In this document: positions 13,488-26,500 of the stretch, piece by piece
Numbering within the stretch: the stretch's first letter is position 1
How the letters are laid out: the number at the start of each line of letters is the position of its first letter
Assembly: GCA_002633005.1 (NCBI GenBank)
Contig: NMRA01000093.1
Location: 762,505 to 826,504 of the forward strand
DNA: 64,000 bases
Direction of reading: 5' to 3'
Source of the DNA: Phoronis australis
Taxonomy: Eukaryota > Animalia > Phoronida
Position numbers and translations under genes: made by a program
Notes under the pieces: generated by a model
Told to the model about the DNA's origin: nothing
Seen by the model: only the letters and a program-made list of their open reading frames with translations
The model's database searches: none

Positions 13488-15422
13488 TTTTTCACATTTT
13501 GTCTGGTGTAAAAATTCAAAAAGAACCAAGCCACAGCCTGAGAACATGTACCTGAAAATATGAGACAAAACCTATTTATGTTACAATATTTCCTTTGTCA
13601 TGACTAAACCCTGTTTTAATTTCCATCCAGAACCACTCGGAACACCTCAGGTATTTTCATAGCCCCAAATTATGTCTCGGAAGTGTTTCATATCTGCCCA
13701 CATACGAAATCAACACTGCAAAGGGATTTGGTCTAGAAACTGAAGTGATGGCAAGTCTCTAAAGACCTGTGCAACGTCATTCTCAATTCATAGTCGGCCT
13801 CCCTAATGTTAATTTTTGTTTGAGCCTGTTATTCATTGGGGTATCCTGGCACATTAGATTGCTTTCTCCATTTTGACTGCTTTTATGACTGAAATTTGCA
13901 CATGTGCAAATATGAAATGCACAATGAGGCATAACTTGGGGCTTTGAAACTACCCGAGGTGTACGATTCACATGTAGAAATATGACGAGTACAAAATAAC
14001 GATGGGTTCAATTCAGAAAAAATTAGTAACAAAATGTGACAAGGTTTACAAAATGAACTATTGGTTAACTACACTATCAAAATCGCGTCTGACTGACAAA
14101 CAAGCATTTCACCAATCACAAAACAACGCAGACCATGTAGAACTTCAATGTATTACTGTTGCTAGCAACAAAAGAACAAAATCAGATGCATTGTGGGAAC
14201 TTTTGATTTCTAAATACAGTAACTCTTCACTTATTTAACTGACAATATGGCTGAAAATTGAAATTCTATTTTTCTCAAAATTCTTCAAAACTAAAAAGAA
14301 GAAAATTTTACAAATACCATGGTTTGTACTGTGTTTAACCAGTCTTTGAAAACTGACATTTTTGAGCGAAATGAGCAAAGAATTACTGTACTTTTTCCCA
14401 TGGAATTGGCCATCTCAAGGCCAACAAAGATTACTATAACTGGAGTGCACAGATATTTATTACACCGATGCACAGCAAAATGCCCAGGAACAGTCGAGCT
14501 TCACATTCGCATCACATACTGGCATTCGATGACCTCAACCACTTCGTTCTTTACTGCGAATGAAAATCAATATTTGGTCTTACCAATGAATTCATGCCAA
14601 AATGTCAATCGTCCCAACAGAGCAAATAAATGCACTTGAGAACTAAATTCCAAAATTTGATACTAAGGTAATTTGAAATCCAACAGTTTCTAGATCAGAT
14701 GCATAATTGGACACCGAAACCGAACATAAAACAATTAGCCCACACCACACTAAAAGTAAGCACTTATTCAATCTCCAAATTGGTTATTTTTAACAGTATC
14801 TATGGCGTGGTTTCTACCACAAAGACATTCTAGCTCTGAAAGTAACGTGCATTGGGAAGCTCCAATTGCTAACAGTACTAGAATGCTTTTGTTACCAAAG
14901 ACCAAATTTCTTAAACTTTTAGAGGAAAAGCATGAAGCTATTTAGTTTTCAAATTATTATTGAGCAAGGAAACTTGGTATGTGGGCAAAACTATTCCCAT
15001 ATGTTCGCATGAATGATTGGGTTTTTCTAAATCCCACGATTTTCAAAGGAGATTGCCAAATTATACACAAACACGCAAATTCTGTTTCATTATTCCTTTA
15101 GCTGAAAAGCAAAAGTTCAACTGTCAAAATTCAGGTCATCCGTCTTTTCAAGGAATGGTCATTGTCGATATCTCGGGCTCAAAGGTCTCAAAACAAACAT
15201 TCACACGGTTTTGAAATTAAGAGAATAAAGAAATAGAATTTTCAAGTGAACAAATCATGTTCGTGGAAATAACGGCAATCTCTGTGGACAATAGAGATTT
15301 CTCAAGAAACGGCGCAGTCACACCTGACCATTATGAACATCTGAGTATTATTTTTGTACACATAAGGTTTCTGTAATCACCAATCTGGTTTTCAAAATCA
15401 CAGTTTCATGGATGTACTAACA

Positions 15423-15547
15423 GACCTATTGCAAGCTCCACCCCTTGCGAAAAGTCGGGTAAAATGGCGGCATGGAAACGAAGGTGTCAAGAATGCTGTG
15501 TTCCGATTGGTCAGTTAAGCCGTCACTCAGAATCCTGGCGATAGGTC
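15423..15547. mobile_element. Small MITE-like element in the presumed XPO7 3' UTR
   Basis: TIR GACCTATTGC...GCGATAGGTC; internal AAAATGGCGGC and CCGATTGG motifs. Confidence 0.55.
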
Positions 15548-16598
15548 AATTCATAAAAAGTAATTTAAGAAATCCAATCTATGGTAACGAAGTTGAACCT
15601 TTACTGTAACTAACTGACTCTTATTGTCTTTGATCCCTTAAGCAGAGAAATTTAAGACTTTTTGTCAGTGCACTTTTGATTTTGCTGGTCTTTCGTGAAA
15701 AGACAAGAATATAATAATATGTCAATCTCAATGTGGCATGGAACATATGTTGCAAACATTTAAGACCTGTCAGCACGCCATCTGTTGGCCACATGCAAGC
15801 AGACTACAACGACCAGATTATGGCAGTACACCTAGAATTATTTATGCAGACATTTGTTGCAAGGTCACGCTGTGCAGAAAACGATCAGCTCTTAGGCAAA
15901 AGCTTTTGAAAACAATCTCGCCACTTGTCACATGTATGCTGTGTCTATGACTGGCACTTCTGCATAGGGTTTTGTGTACAACAGGTTATGTGATGTCCGA
16001 GCACCCGTCAATGCACTCCGTTATTGGTATAGGACAAGCGTATACAAAAAATCAGAGTGTGTGTGCACAGAGTTTTAGACACATCAGACAATGCATTACA
16101 GATTCTGAAACTTTCCAATGCGACTAGCGAAGATGGCAGCATGCAAGTAATAAGGCACAATTTCCAATTATTGTAACACCATCTCAAACATGCATGTCTC
16201 TTAGAAAACTAATCTCTTTACAAAGTAGCAAAATGCAATTAAGGGGTATGCTTAAAACAGCTCTGAATTAAGTTTCAACACTACAACGGGTTGATAATTT
16301 GTCTGTCACCAGACTTGATTATTCAAATGAAAGCTTACAAATAATGTCCTTTTGCAGACGGTATTTTTTCAGACCCCCATAAAACAAGCTCAAGCATTCC
16401 CAGGAAAAGTCGGTTCTTTCCATTTTGGCTCTGACATTTGCCTCGCAGCGGGACAAATCAACCACCAGCTATACTGCCACTGCTGAATAACCAGGGTACT
16501 GATACAGCATGCAGCACGCCCTGTTGTCATGGACCTTATGCAGCGATTGGCTGGCAGCATTGATGTATACAAGGGAGATAACTACAGCAGATTGTGTG

Positions 16599-19500
16599 CT
16601 AACTCATCATATCATGCAAAGAATTACTGTTTGATGCACCAGAGGGCGCCTTGAGCGAATCGTTGACATCGCGGCGGAATATGGAGAGGTTCTGTGTGAA
16701 TCTGAAGTGAAAAAATGGCATGTCCAAAGATAAATGAAGGAGTTGAAATCAGTTGTTTCACATGGGGTTCATCACAATAACACATAAAACAAGGTCAACG
16801 TAAACCATTGAAATGTAGCAACGATTGCATGGTAAACAATACGGTTCTAAGGATGTTCGGTACCATTTGTTTCAAAATGGGAATGAGCCGTCATCTCCAA
16901 AATAGAAACCTATTTGCCAAATTTCATGAAAATCGTCGTGGAACTTAGCAGATGCAAAGGCCACCACAAAAAAGTATAAATTTTGTTAGGAAATTTATTC
17001 AACTTTCAGAAAATATATACTTTGTAGGGGTTAGAGCAAACAGAACTTAAGATATTTGCGCATAAGTACAACCTGGTAAACAAGGTTCACAGTCACCTTA
17101 AAGTAACAGTGAGACTCCACAGGTCACCTGAGACTCCACAGGTCACCTGATGCACATTACCAAGAATGCAAGCAGAGCCTACAAGTAAATGTGTCAAGGA
17201 CACTGAACAAAGAACAGCAGACGTACCTGTCCCTGTTCTTGCACAGTAGTGACATCTCTATTCCCTCCATGAGATTATCAAAGCACTGTGCCATACTCTG
17301 CTGTTTATCACCTGGTTGACTACTGACTATGTTCTCTCGCAGCTTCCTGAAGTGCTGCAAGTGAATGTATAAAATCAAACCCTATTTCATTACATAGCAT
17401 TTGGAACCTATGAAAGCTGGGACCAATCTTTTGACATTTAATAACAATAACTTTGATTAAATGAGATTTGTATCAAAGAAGGGATATTGCCAACTTATTC
17501 TAATGAGAATCACGATGTTATAAATAAGATTGGTGTGTGCGCTTGTGTGTTAGTGTATATGTCAAATAGTTGGGCATTCCTTCATATGTATTAGTTTGTG
17601 CGAGTTGTTATTAGCAACGAATAAAAAATGGTGCCTGTATAGCCACGACAAAGATCACCAATGGAAGTCTCAAACATACCTCACTTCAATCTCTACAAAG
17701 AACTGGAATCAATATTTTAACATTAGGATTTCAAAATTTTCAACAGACCAGAAACTTGGTACTGATCTATTTACACTGAAAACAAAAATGAGCTAGCAAC
17801 AGTTTCAAAATCTCCACGCACTATGTAATATGTAGGTACAAAGAACAACAACACAGTCAAAATACCTCCTCGTTGAGCAGAATTAAGCCCAGGAGAGGGC
17901 GAGACATGGACCACTGATTTCGACAGTCTTCAAACATGACTATGTTTAATACTGTAGATAACATCTGAAAATACAAATTTTGTAATAAACTATGAAAACA
18001 GGTCTTTCCTATTAGGGGAACTTTGGTGTACCGAAGCTTCGGCAAAACTTCACTTACCTTTCCCACTTAAAAGCGATATCGAAGTTATAGCTATGACAAC
18101 AGACGACGCAGTTCATCTCTACTCTCAAATGAATATTGAGTAGTGAGTTCGAGGCTAACTGAAAATTGTTCTCTTGTTATTTACCAGAGTTTATGAAAAT
18201 GGTCATTGTCATTCTTCATCAGATATGCTTTTACAATTTATTTACGTGTCTATTGAGAGCACGTTGGCTACCTTACAATAACAAAGAACACATTTGCAAG
18301 CCTCCCATTATAGTATATCGTTGCCATTACCTCTACCGATATCTTCGGCGACGCTTCGCTTGAGTGCTCCCTAATACCGAAGTTTTGGTGAGTACAGCAG
18401 TTTCTCTTTCAAATCCTACAATTTTAAGCGAAGTTTCGCTTGCGGATCAACTGCGCCGGAGATAACCTTTCCCACTTACCAAAACTTCGGTAAAAGCGAA
18501 GTTTCGCTTCGCAATCTATTGCGAAAGAGACTTTCCATAGCATCTGCATTCACAAAATGCCACAATGTTGAACATCTTTACCAGGCACCAAGAAAAATTG
18601 AGCTTGCACATTAAACTATCACTAAAATGTTTTAGTGCATGCTGCTTATGTCGAGCTCTGGAAGCACTATACTTTGCAAAATTACTTCTGTTTGATGCAA
18701 AAACAATTGCTAAAAATGTCACACTTGTATTATTCCAAGACTTAACATCGTGAATGTTAAAACCGAGATTTAAGTTATTTGGCAATGGCTGCACCACACA
18801 AATCATGCTGGAAGCAAAGTACAATGTATTGAAAGAAATTTGACAACTGAAAATGAAATTAGTCTTCGGCACCATATAACAGCCCAAGCTGTTGAACTTT
18901 TACCATAATTAAAATAAAACCAGAAACCATATTATTAAGACTTAAACTTCGTCATACAGCCACAAACCTTCTTCAATAGTAAACATACAACACACAGCTC
19001 TTTAGCTAGGTGGCAGCACGAAGCATTCACCGTTTGTAATTAAACGTTACAGACTCAACACCATGCTTGACTAAGGCTGATCAGTTTAAGCAAAGTACCT
19101 GCTGTAGTATCTCCGGGTGTAGCTCCATGGTACGTAAGAACGCATCCCCGTCAGGACTGACAGCAGTTGGCTTCTTCCGTTTATTGGTCAGTCGCTTGAA
19201 CAGGTACGTCACAATGTTGTCGAGGATTGCACAACAGCCTGTACACACCATTGTGTCTGCAAGCATGTCAATCAAAGTAAACCAGGGGGGAGTGGAGAGC
19301 ACACAAGGTACTGCCTTCTGATCAGAGGGAGTGGCACATCAGGCAAAACTTTCCGCCAAATCCTAACATGAGCCAAGATCAAAGATTACATAGGGTGGAA
19401 AGAAGTGAGTTTTAAGAGTATCATTGACTACTCTACAACAGTAGGATTATGATTCCATCGTGTCTGTAAATATCCCATCAATATAAACAAGAGCAGTCAA

Positions 19501-20549
19501 AGAAATAAAAATTAAATCTGTTCACTTGGACTATGGCACTAACTAAAAATCCTTAAGCCTTTGGGATTACCTCGCTCCATGCTTGAGGAATGGTGGAATG
19601 ATTTAGATTGGAGGAGCAGGTGGTGGTTTGCTCGTGTCCCACCATTCCAATCAGTCCACCCTTCCTCAGGAAGGAGCGGGATGCTCCCGTGGACTTCAGG
19701 CTGTTTAGTAATTATGGTAGTCCTGTAGAACAAATTTCATTTTTCTTTGATTATGAACTTTAAATTTAAATTTTAAGATAAACAAGAGTAAAGGCTGTAA
19801 GTGTGGTTCATTGCTGCAAGACATTCGTGAGACACTTCGCTTATGGAATGAAAATGGTGAATCTAATGCCGTAATTCAAAATTCCTGTCCCAATTACCAA
19901 TCATTTCAGTGGTGAACATTTACCAAGTGTACACACAAAGTCCAAATTGAACTAATGAAACACTACAATAGAAAAGCATCATTTCATTCACCAAGTTAAT
20001 GGTTACAGATTCTTACACATCACACCCATCCTGCTTGTGAAACAATATTCAAACATTACATACTGAACAGATGAAGATTATGACAGGTGTACACTTACCT
20101 AAAGCAGAAAGACCTTCGGAGATAGTGGATAGTATGTAGAGAAAAACTTGTGGTTCTAAGTTGCTGATGAACTGAATGTGGTCTTGAGCTAGACATTCTA
20201 GTAGGCTATAGTAGGTTTGGCTAAGCTTGAGGTAATCCTGAAATTCACATGCAACAGTTTTTAATAAATAAAAGGAAATGGAACAGCTGTGTACACTTTC
20301 CCTCATATCCTAAATGTTCGAAGAACAAGAACACAGATTTGTTAAATCTCCAACATACACAAATTTGTAGCAGGCAATAAAACTACGTGGATGAAGCTGT
20401 TACTTGTGGCACAAAGGATCTAATTGAACACTGAAAGACACCGCAGTCTCAGTAAAACACATTGAAATAGTGTTCACATAACTGCAAAATTTGTTCTTTT
20501 CAAAAAGCAATGGCGTAATTAATACTATTTTCTCAGTTGCCAGCAGGAT

Positions 20550-20586
<37 letters not shown>

Positions 20587-23500
20587 NNNNNNNNNNNNNN
20601 NNNNTGTGTGTGTGTGTGTCTATGTGTGTCTGTGTGCGTGCGTGTGTGCGTGCGTGTGTGTGTGTGCATGATTGTGTGTCCTTCAGTAAATGCTGCTTTT
20701 TTCAGTAAATTTATAAAAATTGAAAAAAGAAAACAACAAAACATTAAAAATGTCTCTACATAATATCCCTTAAGCCTCCTGATCAACGGTGTAACTATTT
20801 ATCACTTTTACAAGTTCGTTAAAACACCATTTCCTCCTTTAGGGCTATCCAAAACAAAACAACTCATAACTAAGCTACAAATTCCAACTAAAATCACCTC
20901 AAAATGATCCTGAACACAGTAGGACTTCATTTCCATTGCCAAAAAGCATGTCCACAGAACTTATGAATCAACTCTTGATAAACACGGTATCTTACGTGCA
21001 TGAAAGTAATTACATGACTGCATTTTCAAAAAATTGTGTTTAAACTTTTTCACAACGGTCACTGTTTTCAACGAATGAGACTTTTTTCACAAAACTTTCA
21101 AATTCTGTTCTTTATTAACTTAACTACAAACGCACGTTTGGGGTAATCTTTTAAGATCTTTTTGCCTGAGAGCTTGGCTATCAAAAATATTTTTGTTTTC
21201 TTAAGGAATGTTGATGTCTACATTTTTGAAAGTGGAGTTCTTGGGCTAAAAGGTCTTTAGAATAAGATCCAAAACATGCCTTAGTAGCTAACAGAACAAG
21301 AAAACAGGATTTGCAAGTTTCACGTGATCAATTTCAGGTTTGTGGAAATTCCTAATGGACATCTGTGCAGTTTTTTTGCACATCATAAATTCCTGTGATC
21401 GTCAAGGACTTGAAAAAGTAAAAAAATTGAGGCAACGAATGTAGCCAATTACAGTAAGAGGAAAACGAAGGTATGTTAAAGTGGAGCAGGTTAACTTACC
21501 AGCAGATCCTGCTGTGGAATGGAGAGAAGTAACTTGATAAACATCTGTAGTGAGTCATCTAGAGCTGTGTCACCGTACAACTTGAATGTACCAAAGTTGA
21601 CATAGTTCCCAGCCAGAGCCGCCCTAAGCATGTTAAAACACACGGACACACCCTTCAATGTGAGTGGGGTTAAGGAAATGATCTACTCTCAAAAATGTGA
21701 CTGTTTTCATAAGCTCCTTTCACTCTAGACAGTAACACCGTCTGAACTGGGCCAGCATAGCTGACACAGACTGTGATCATCCCACAAGACTGCCATACGC
21801 CAGAACCTTTTAGGCATTTTGTTAAAAGTACATTTTGAGCATAGATGGACACCTTAGGAGGCTGTTGGTGTCTTTAATTCCTTCCAACTTGAACAAATAC
21901 TTCAATAATTAACATTTCTTGACCAATAAGTTTCTTCATTTGTAAACGACATCATTTCCTCCAGGCACGAGAGGTGTGCCTCTGGCGGCCAGGTGTCAAG
22001 CAATGGTGAATTCTGACAGATCATCAACGTAGTGCGTGATGGGCTTAGGTCATGGAGGTCAACCTCGATGTGATTTAAAAATTTACATGCTGATGTAATC
22101 TACTAACACTTTATAAAGGATATTTTAAGCGGTACAGGTGGTTCTTTGGTATGTCTTGTAGGCTGAGTATCCTTGAACCGTAGCCAACCACAATCTTACT
22201 GATCTCTCTGAACAGGAGAATACCACTGGGTGACGACACATCAAACAGCAACCGTTGAGATCTGTAACAGGGGAATTTTTCAAGTAAAGCACAGGTGAAC
22301 GAAAGAACGAAACGTAAAGCCTTGACGTGAAATACGATACAGGGTGTTCTAGGTTTTCATTGTCCTCAAGACACAGGCGTTTCAAAGGTACTAAAAGTTG
22401 ATGGTATCATTTAATAATGGGAGTATAAGAGAACACAGAATGCATAAGGGATACTGTGAAAATTTAAATGGAAGCCTTTAGTCAAGCGTAATGTTAAGCG
22501 ATTAAAATTAAGGGTAACGAAAAGCCCACAAATAAGCCTCATATTAATTATCAAAACATCATTCATTACCCAGGAAGCAGTGCAACAGAATTCAAACATC
22601 TGCTTGGTTAAATTGGCAAATCTTTGCTAAGATTTTTGTCACCTTTTTTAAACATTTAATTCCAAAAACTAAATATCAGCCTGAGTAACCAGTGTAATCT
22701 CGAATTCGATATTGGCCAGGGTTTAACATTTTCCAAAACTGAAACAGATACAAATTGTTACTGACAATTATTCAACCTTAAATGTTTTGGTGTTGTATGA
22801 TGAAAGCAAGTAAAAAGTAATACATCACCTATTCTGAGCTAACTCAGCTACAAGCTTCAACACCGGGGTGGTGACGGCGGGGTCATGGTACCAGAGCTCA
22901 ACGGCGCGCACAAGCACCGGTGTGTACGCCGGGTATATCCAGTCAAACAGCATCATGTAGCTAGCCTTGGTGTTGAAGGCGTAGGCCACACCGCGCAGGT
23001 CACGAGCAACTCCTATCAGTGATCGCTGAAATAACCATGGTGGAAATATATATAATTCTATGAAAGCTAAGCTGCTATGGTAACAACACAGGAATGAGGT
23101 GTAATGGCATCTTGTTATCTTAAATCGCAACACACCTTACATAATATACATCGTCATAGCAGACGCTTCGGGAGAGCACCGTGCACAACACCTAGCGTCG
23201 ACAAACAGTAAATAAAATGGCGAGTTGTCATTGAAAGGCTCTCTACAGACCCTTTAATTTTTAGCAGGGAGTGTTGTTTCAATCTCATTCTAATGTAAAT
23301 AACTCACAATGGCACAAAGTTTTCCTATTTTACAGGTGTTCACATATTTGAAGAGACAGAGTTCAAATTATTTTGTCAGATAGTCTTCGCCATCGTAGTG
23401 CCACAGTTCTATCAATAAAACTTTTTAAGGACCATTCACAATTATCACCACTTTTCCCGAGCATACAAACTGTACACTTTTCCCTTGCCCTTCCTCACCC

Positions 23501-26500
23501 AAAATGGGTACAGAAATGGCGATATTTCATAAGATCTATGTTTTTGAATCTGTTAAACTACAAATGTGGTTCAAAAATAAATACCAGAGGGCAGATGAGT
23601 ACAGTGAAGTGGTATAAAAATAAACTAATAATATCAAACAATACTTTGTATACTTCATTTTCGCCTGGTTATATCTCGGCGATATTTTTGCTATGCGATA
23701 TTTTTGCTATTAGTTGTTTCATCAGTTTTTACAATGTGAAAAAGTAATTAAAAAAGTCGACTTCAATCTGTCATATGAGATCGCCACAGCATACGTTAGC
23801 AGCTAGCCACTCTGACCCCTCTCCTATCTTATGCGTACAGTCAGTATGTTCTTGAAAATAGCGATAACTGTAACAGTCCCTTGTGGGAAAATTGACTTGA
23901 CTAAAGTAGAACTTTCCAAATTTCCTACAATCAAAACTCATCGTCACTATTATACTGAAGGTCATGTCTGACAACTTTTAACACTATTTAAGGCGAGAAA
24001 CATTTTATACAAAAATTAGCACTTGCACGGATTCGAACTCTCACTGGCAGCCAAATGCTCTACCTCAAATCCCAAGTGGTAAATAGTGAAGTGTTTAAAT
24101 TGTATTCAATTAACTGGTAATGTCACCAGCCTAGATTACAGCGAATGTCTGGCAGACAGGGGCGAGAACTGACAATTTGTAATAAAATTACAAAAACACA
24201 ACAGATGTTGTTGGCTTATAACTCTTACCAAAGTAAATAACTTAAAAAAAGTCTATCCCATCAAATAGTAATCCAAAAACTGCATTTCTCAGCCATCAAC
24301 CAACAATGTGCCATTAATAAAAAAACAACCTTTCAGTGTTAGGAGCTCAACAACCAAGCAATTGTGAATGTACCATAGATGTTTCAGACAGTTTTTCACT
24401 TTATTGATAGATTTTAGTTTGTGACTGTCCCTACCTTACAGACATCTTCCTGGAACATGGACGTGCCAGCACGTTGTAACATGTTGCCAATGGAGTCCAG
24501 AGAAGCTGAAAACAAAAACACCAAATTAAATATCAAGTATAACGCGGCAGAAGTCCCAATGTGAACTTTTTACAATACATACAACATTCTCACACAATAC
24601 AAACAAGTCAGCAAGAAACCCAAAAAGCCAATACAATGATTCACTGATAAGTGGCAACACTTTCAAAAAACTTTTGCTGACCACATTATTATACAACTAA
24701 CCTGCAAACAGCTAACAATAACTGTTCACACGAGTGTGGCTTATCTAAGATGGACATCATGAACTGTTCATAGTACACCACTGTGCTACGGATATTTTGA
24801 GTCATTCACATTTAGGAATTGAACAAATAACAAGATTATGAACCATTCACATTCACACCACCAACCTGCAATGGGCATCATGAACCGTTCAAACCTTTCC
24901 TCATCCTCGCCCAGTTCTACCATCAGTAAGCGGCCTAGTGCTGTGTAGAATGTAGTGCGACATCTCATGTCTGTAATCTGCGCACTGCCACTGTTGATAC
25001 CCAGGAACGGAAAATGTTCACTCTACAAACAAACACAAGTTTGGACTTCATTAAAACACAAATTCCTGAAAATACTAATAAAAAATTGTCTGTACCTCAT
25101 CAGTAACATACAAAAATTGCCTGAAAATTCAATACACTCCTTCGGTGTAATAGTTTCGTTAAAAACTGCATTCCTAAGCTCGCATTAGACTTTTAAATGT
25201 ATTAGTTCAATTTATTTAATAAATATCAAAGATCGTTTCCTGTAGCCATTTTGAAAAGTTTCTAGCCAAATACTTCGCTGTTGATCTCATGGTCGATGAA
25301 ATAAATGCCTTTTACAAGAAGACGTAGCATTACCTCTGTCCAACGATGAAAGTACAAAACCAGACTATTCTCCGTCTGGCAAACAGAAGTATTGTTTTCA
25401 GCACATATAACACTAACCTGCCACAGGTGGATTTTAGATATTTCAACAACACAAGTAACAATTGGATATGTGCCTAGAAATGGTATCTTGTGAGCATTTT
25501 TGGGCAAGTACTGTAGGACGGGCCTCCAATCCAACTAAGACTGCCTACACTTAAAAAGCCAATTTATCGAGTTTTCAATAACAATTCCTAATAACTGGTC
25601 TGCTCTTCACTGCCCAACATACTTTTAATTCGACCTGTGATAAGAATAAGCTGCGGCTAAAATTATAATTGTACGTGGTCCAATACAAATGTTGGTGTTT
25701 TGATATCAAAAATCACAAACGGTGGTACATCAGCCTCTTCAGGGGCTTTCAATCATTCCAGACTTCCTCATAACTTTGTAGGATCCCTCCTTCAGCAGGT
25801 ACGAATACAAATAGTTTGACACAGAAATGAATGATCGATATGTGTCAAATGACAAAATGCAAAATTTCCCAGCATCCCCTGTCAAAGTTTAATGAAGCTC
25901 GGCTGTAAATTGCCCTACTGCTGGATAGATAATAAGATGATGTTGATTTGTCGATTTGTGATTCGCACAGACAGGTGATAAAATGACATTATGTGGTGAA
26001 TATAGAGAAGTGCCGAAATAAGATGACTGACTTTTGACTATGGGACAATGTTAACAGGTGCTAGTGGGTATAACAATATTCCTACTATCATTACTTGTGT
26101 CTTGCCACATTATGCTAAACTGTGCATGTACTTAAACAGATAAGTAGCTAATTTACTTAATATTTACTAAAGCACATTTAGCTTGCCTCGTTTTCCTTTG
26201 GGAGCTGCTCAAAAGGAGTCTGCAATTTGCCGTTTTGACATTATCAAGGCACTTGCAGATAACAGAAACTAGGAACAAAAGATTTCTTGGATAAACATAA
26301 TACCCAGTTACTGAATCAAAGTTTCTGAAGTAGTAGTAAACAAATGGAATCTTTGCAGGGCGACTGGTTACTATTTTTACTATTTTTAGGAAGTAGAAAT
26401 AAGATGCTGTTCAGCTTTGAATCACACTGACTGGGAGTCAACACAAAAGTCAAATTCTGAAATTAATTTTTATTTACAAGTTACGAAGTGTTTGCCAAAT

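Noticed and set aside
19640-19700. Hammerhead ribozyme in the structured XPO7 island (CTGAGGA)
   Set aside because: No GAAA after a stem II and no compatible stem III/NUH arrangement.
20400-20786. His/Thr- and Cys/Val-rich ORFs
   Set aside because: These are translations of the (TG)n microsatellite and the N gap.
24020-24080. tRNA gene (B-box-like GGATTCGAAC; similar remnant near 42030)
   Set aside because: No cloverleaf can be drawn; at most these are decayed tRNA-derived SINE heads.
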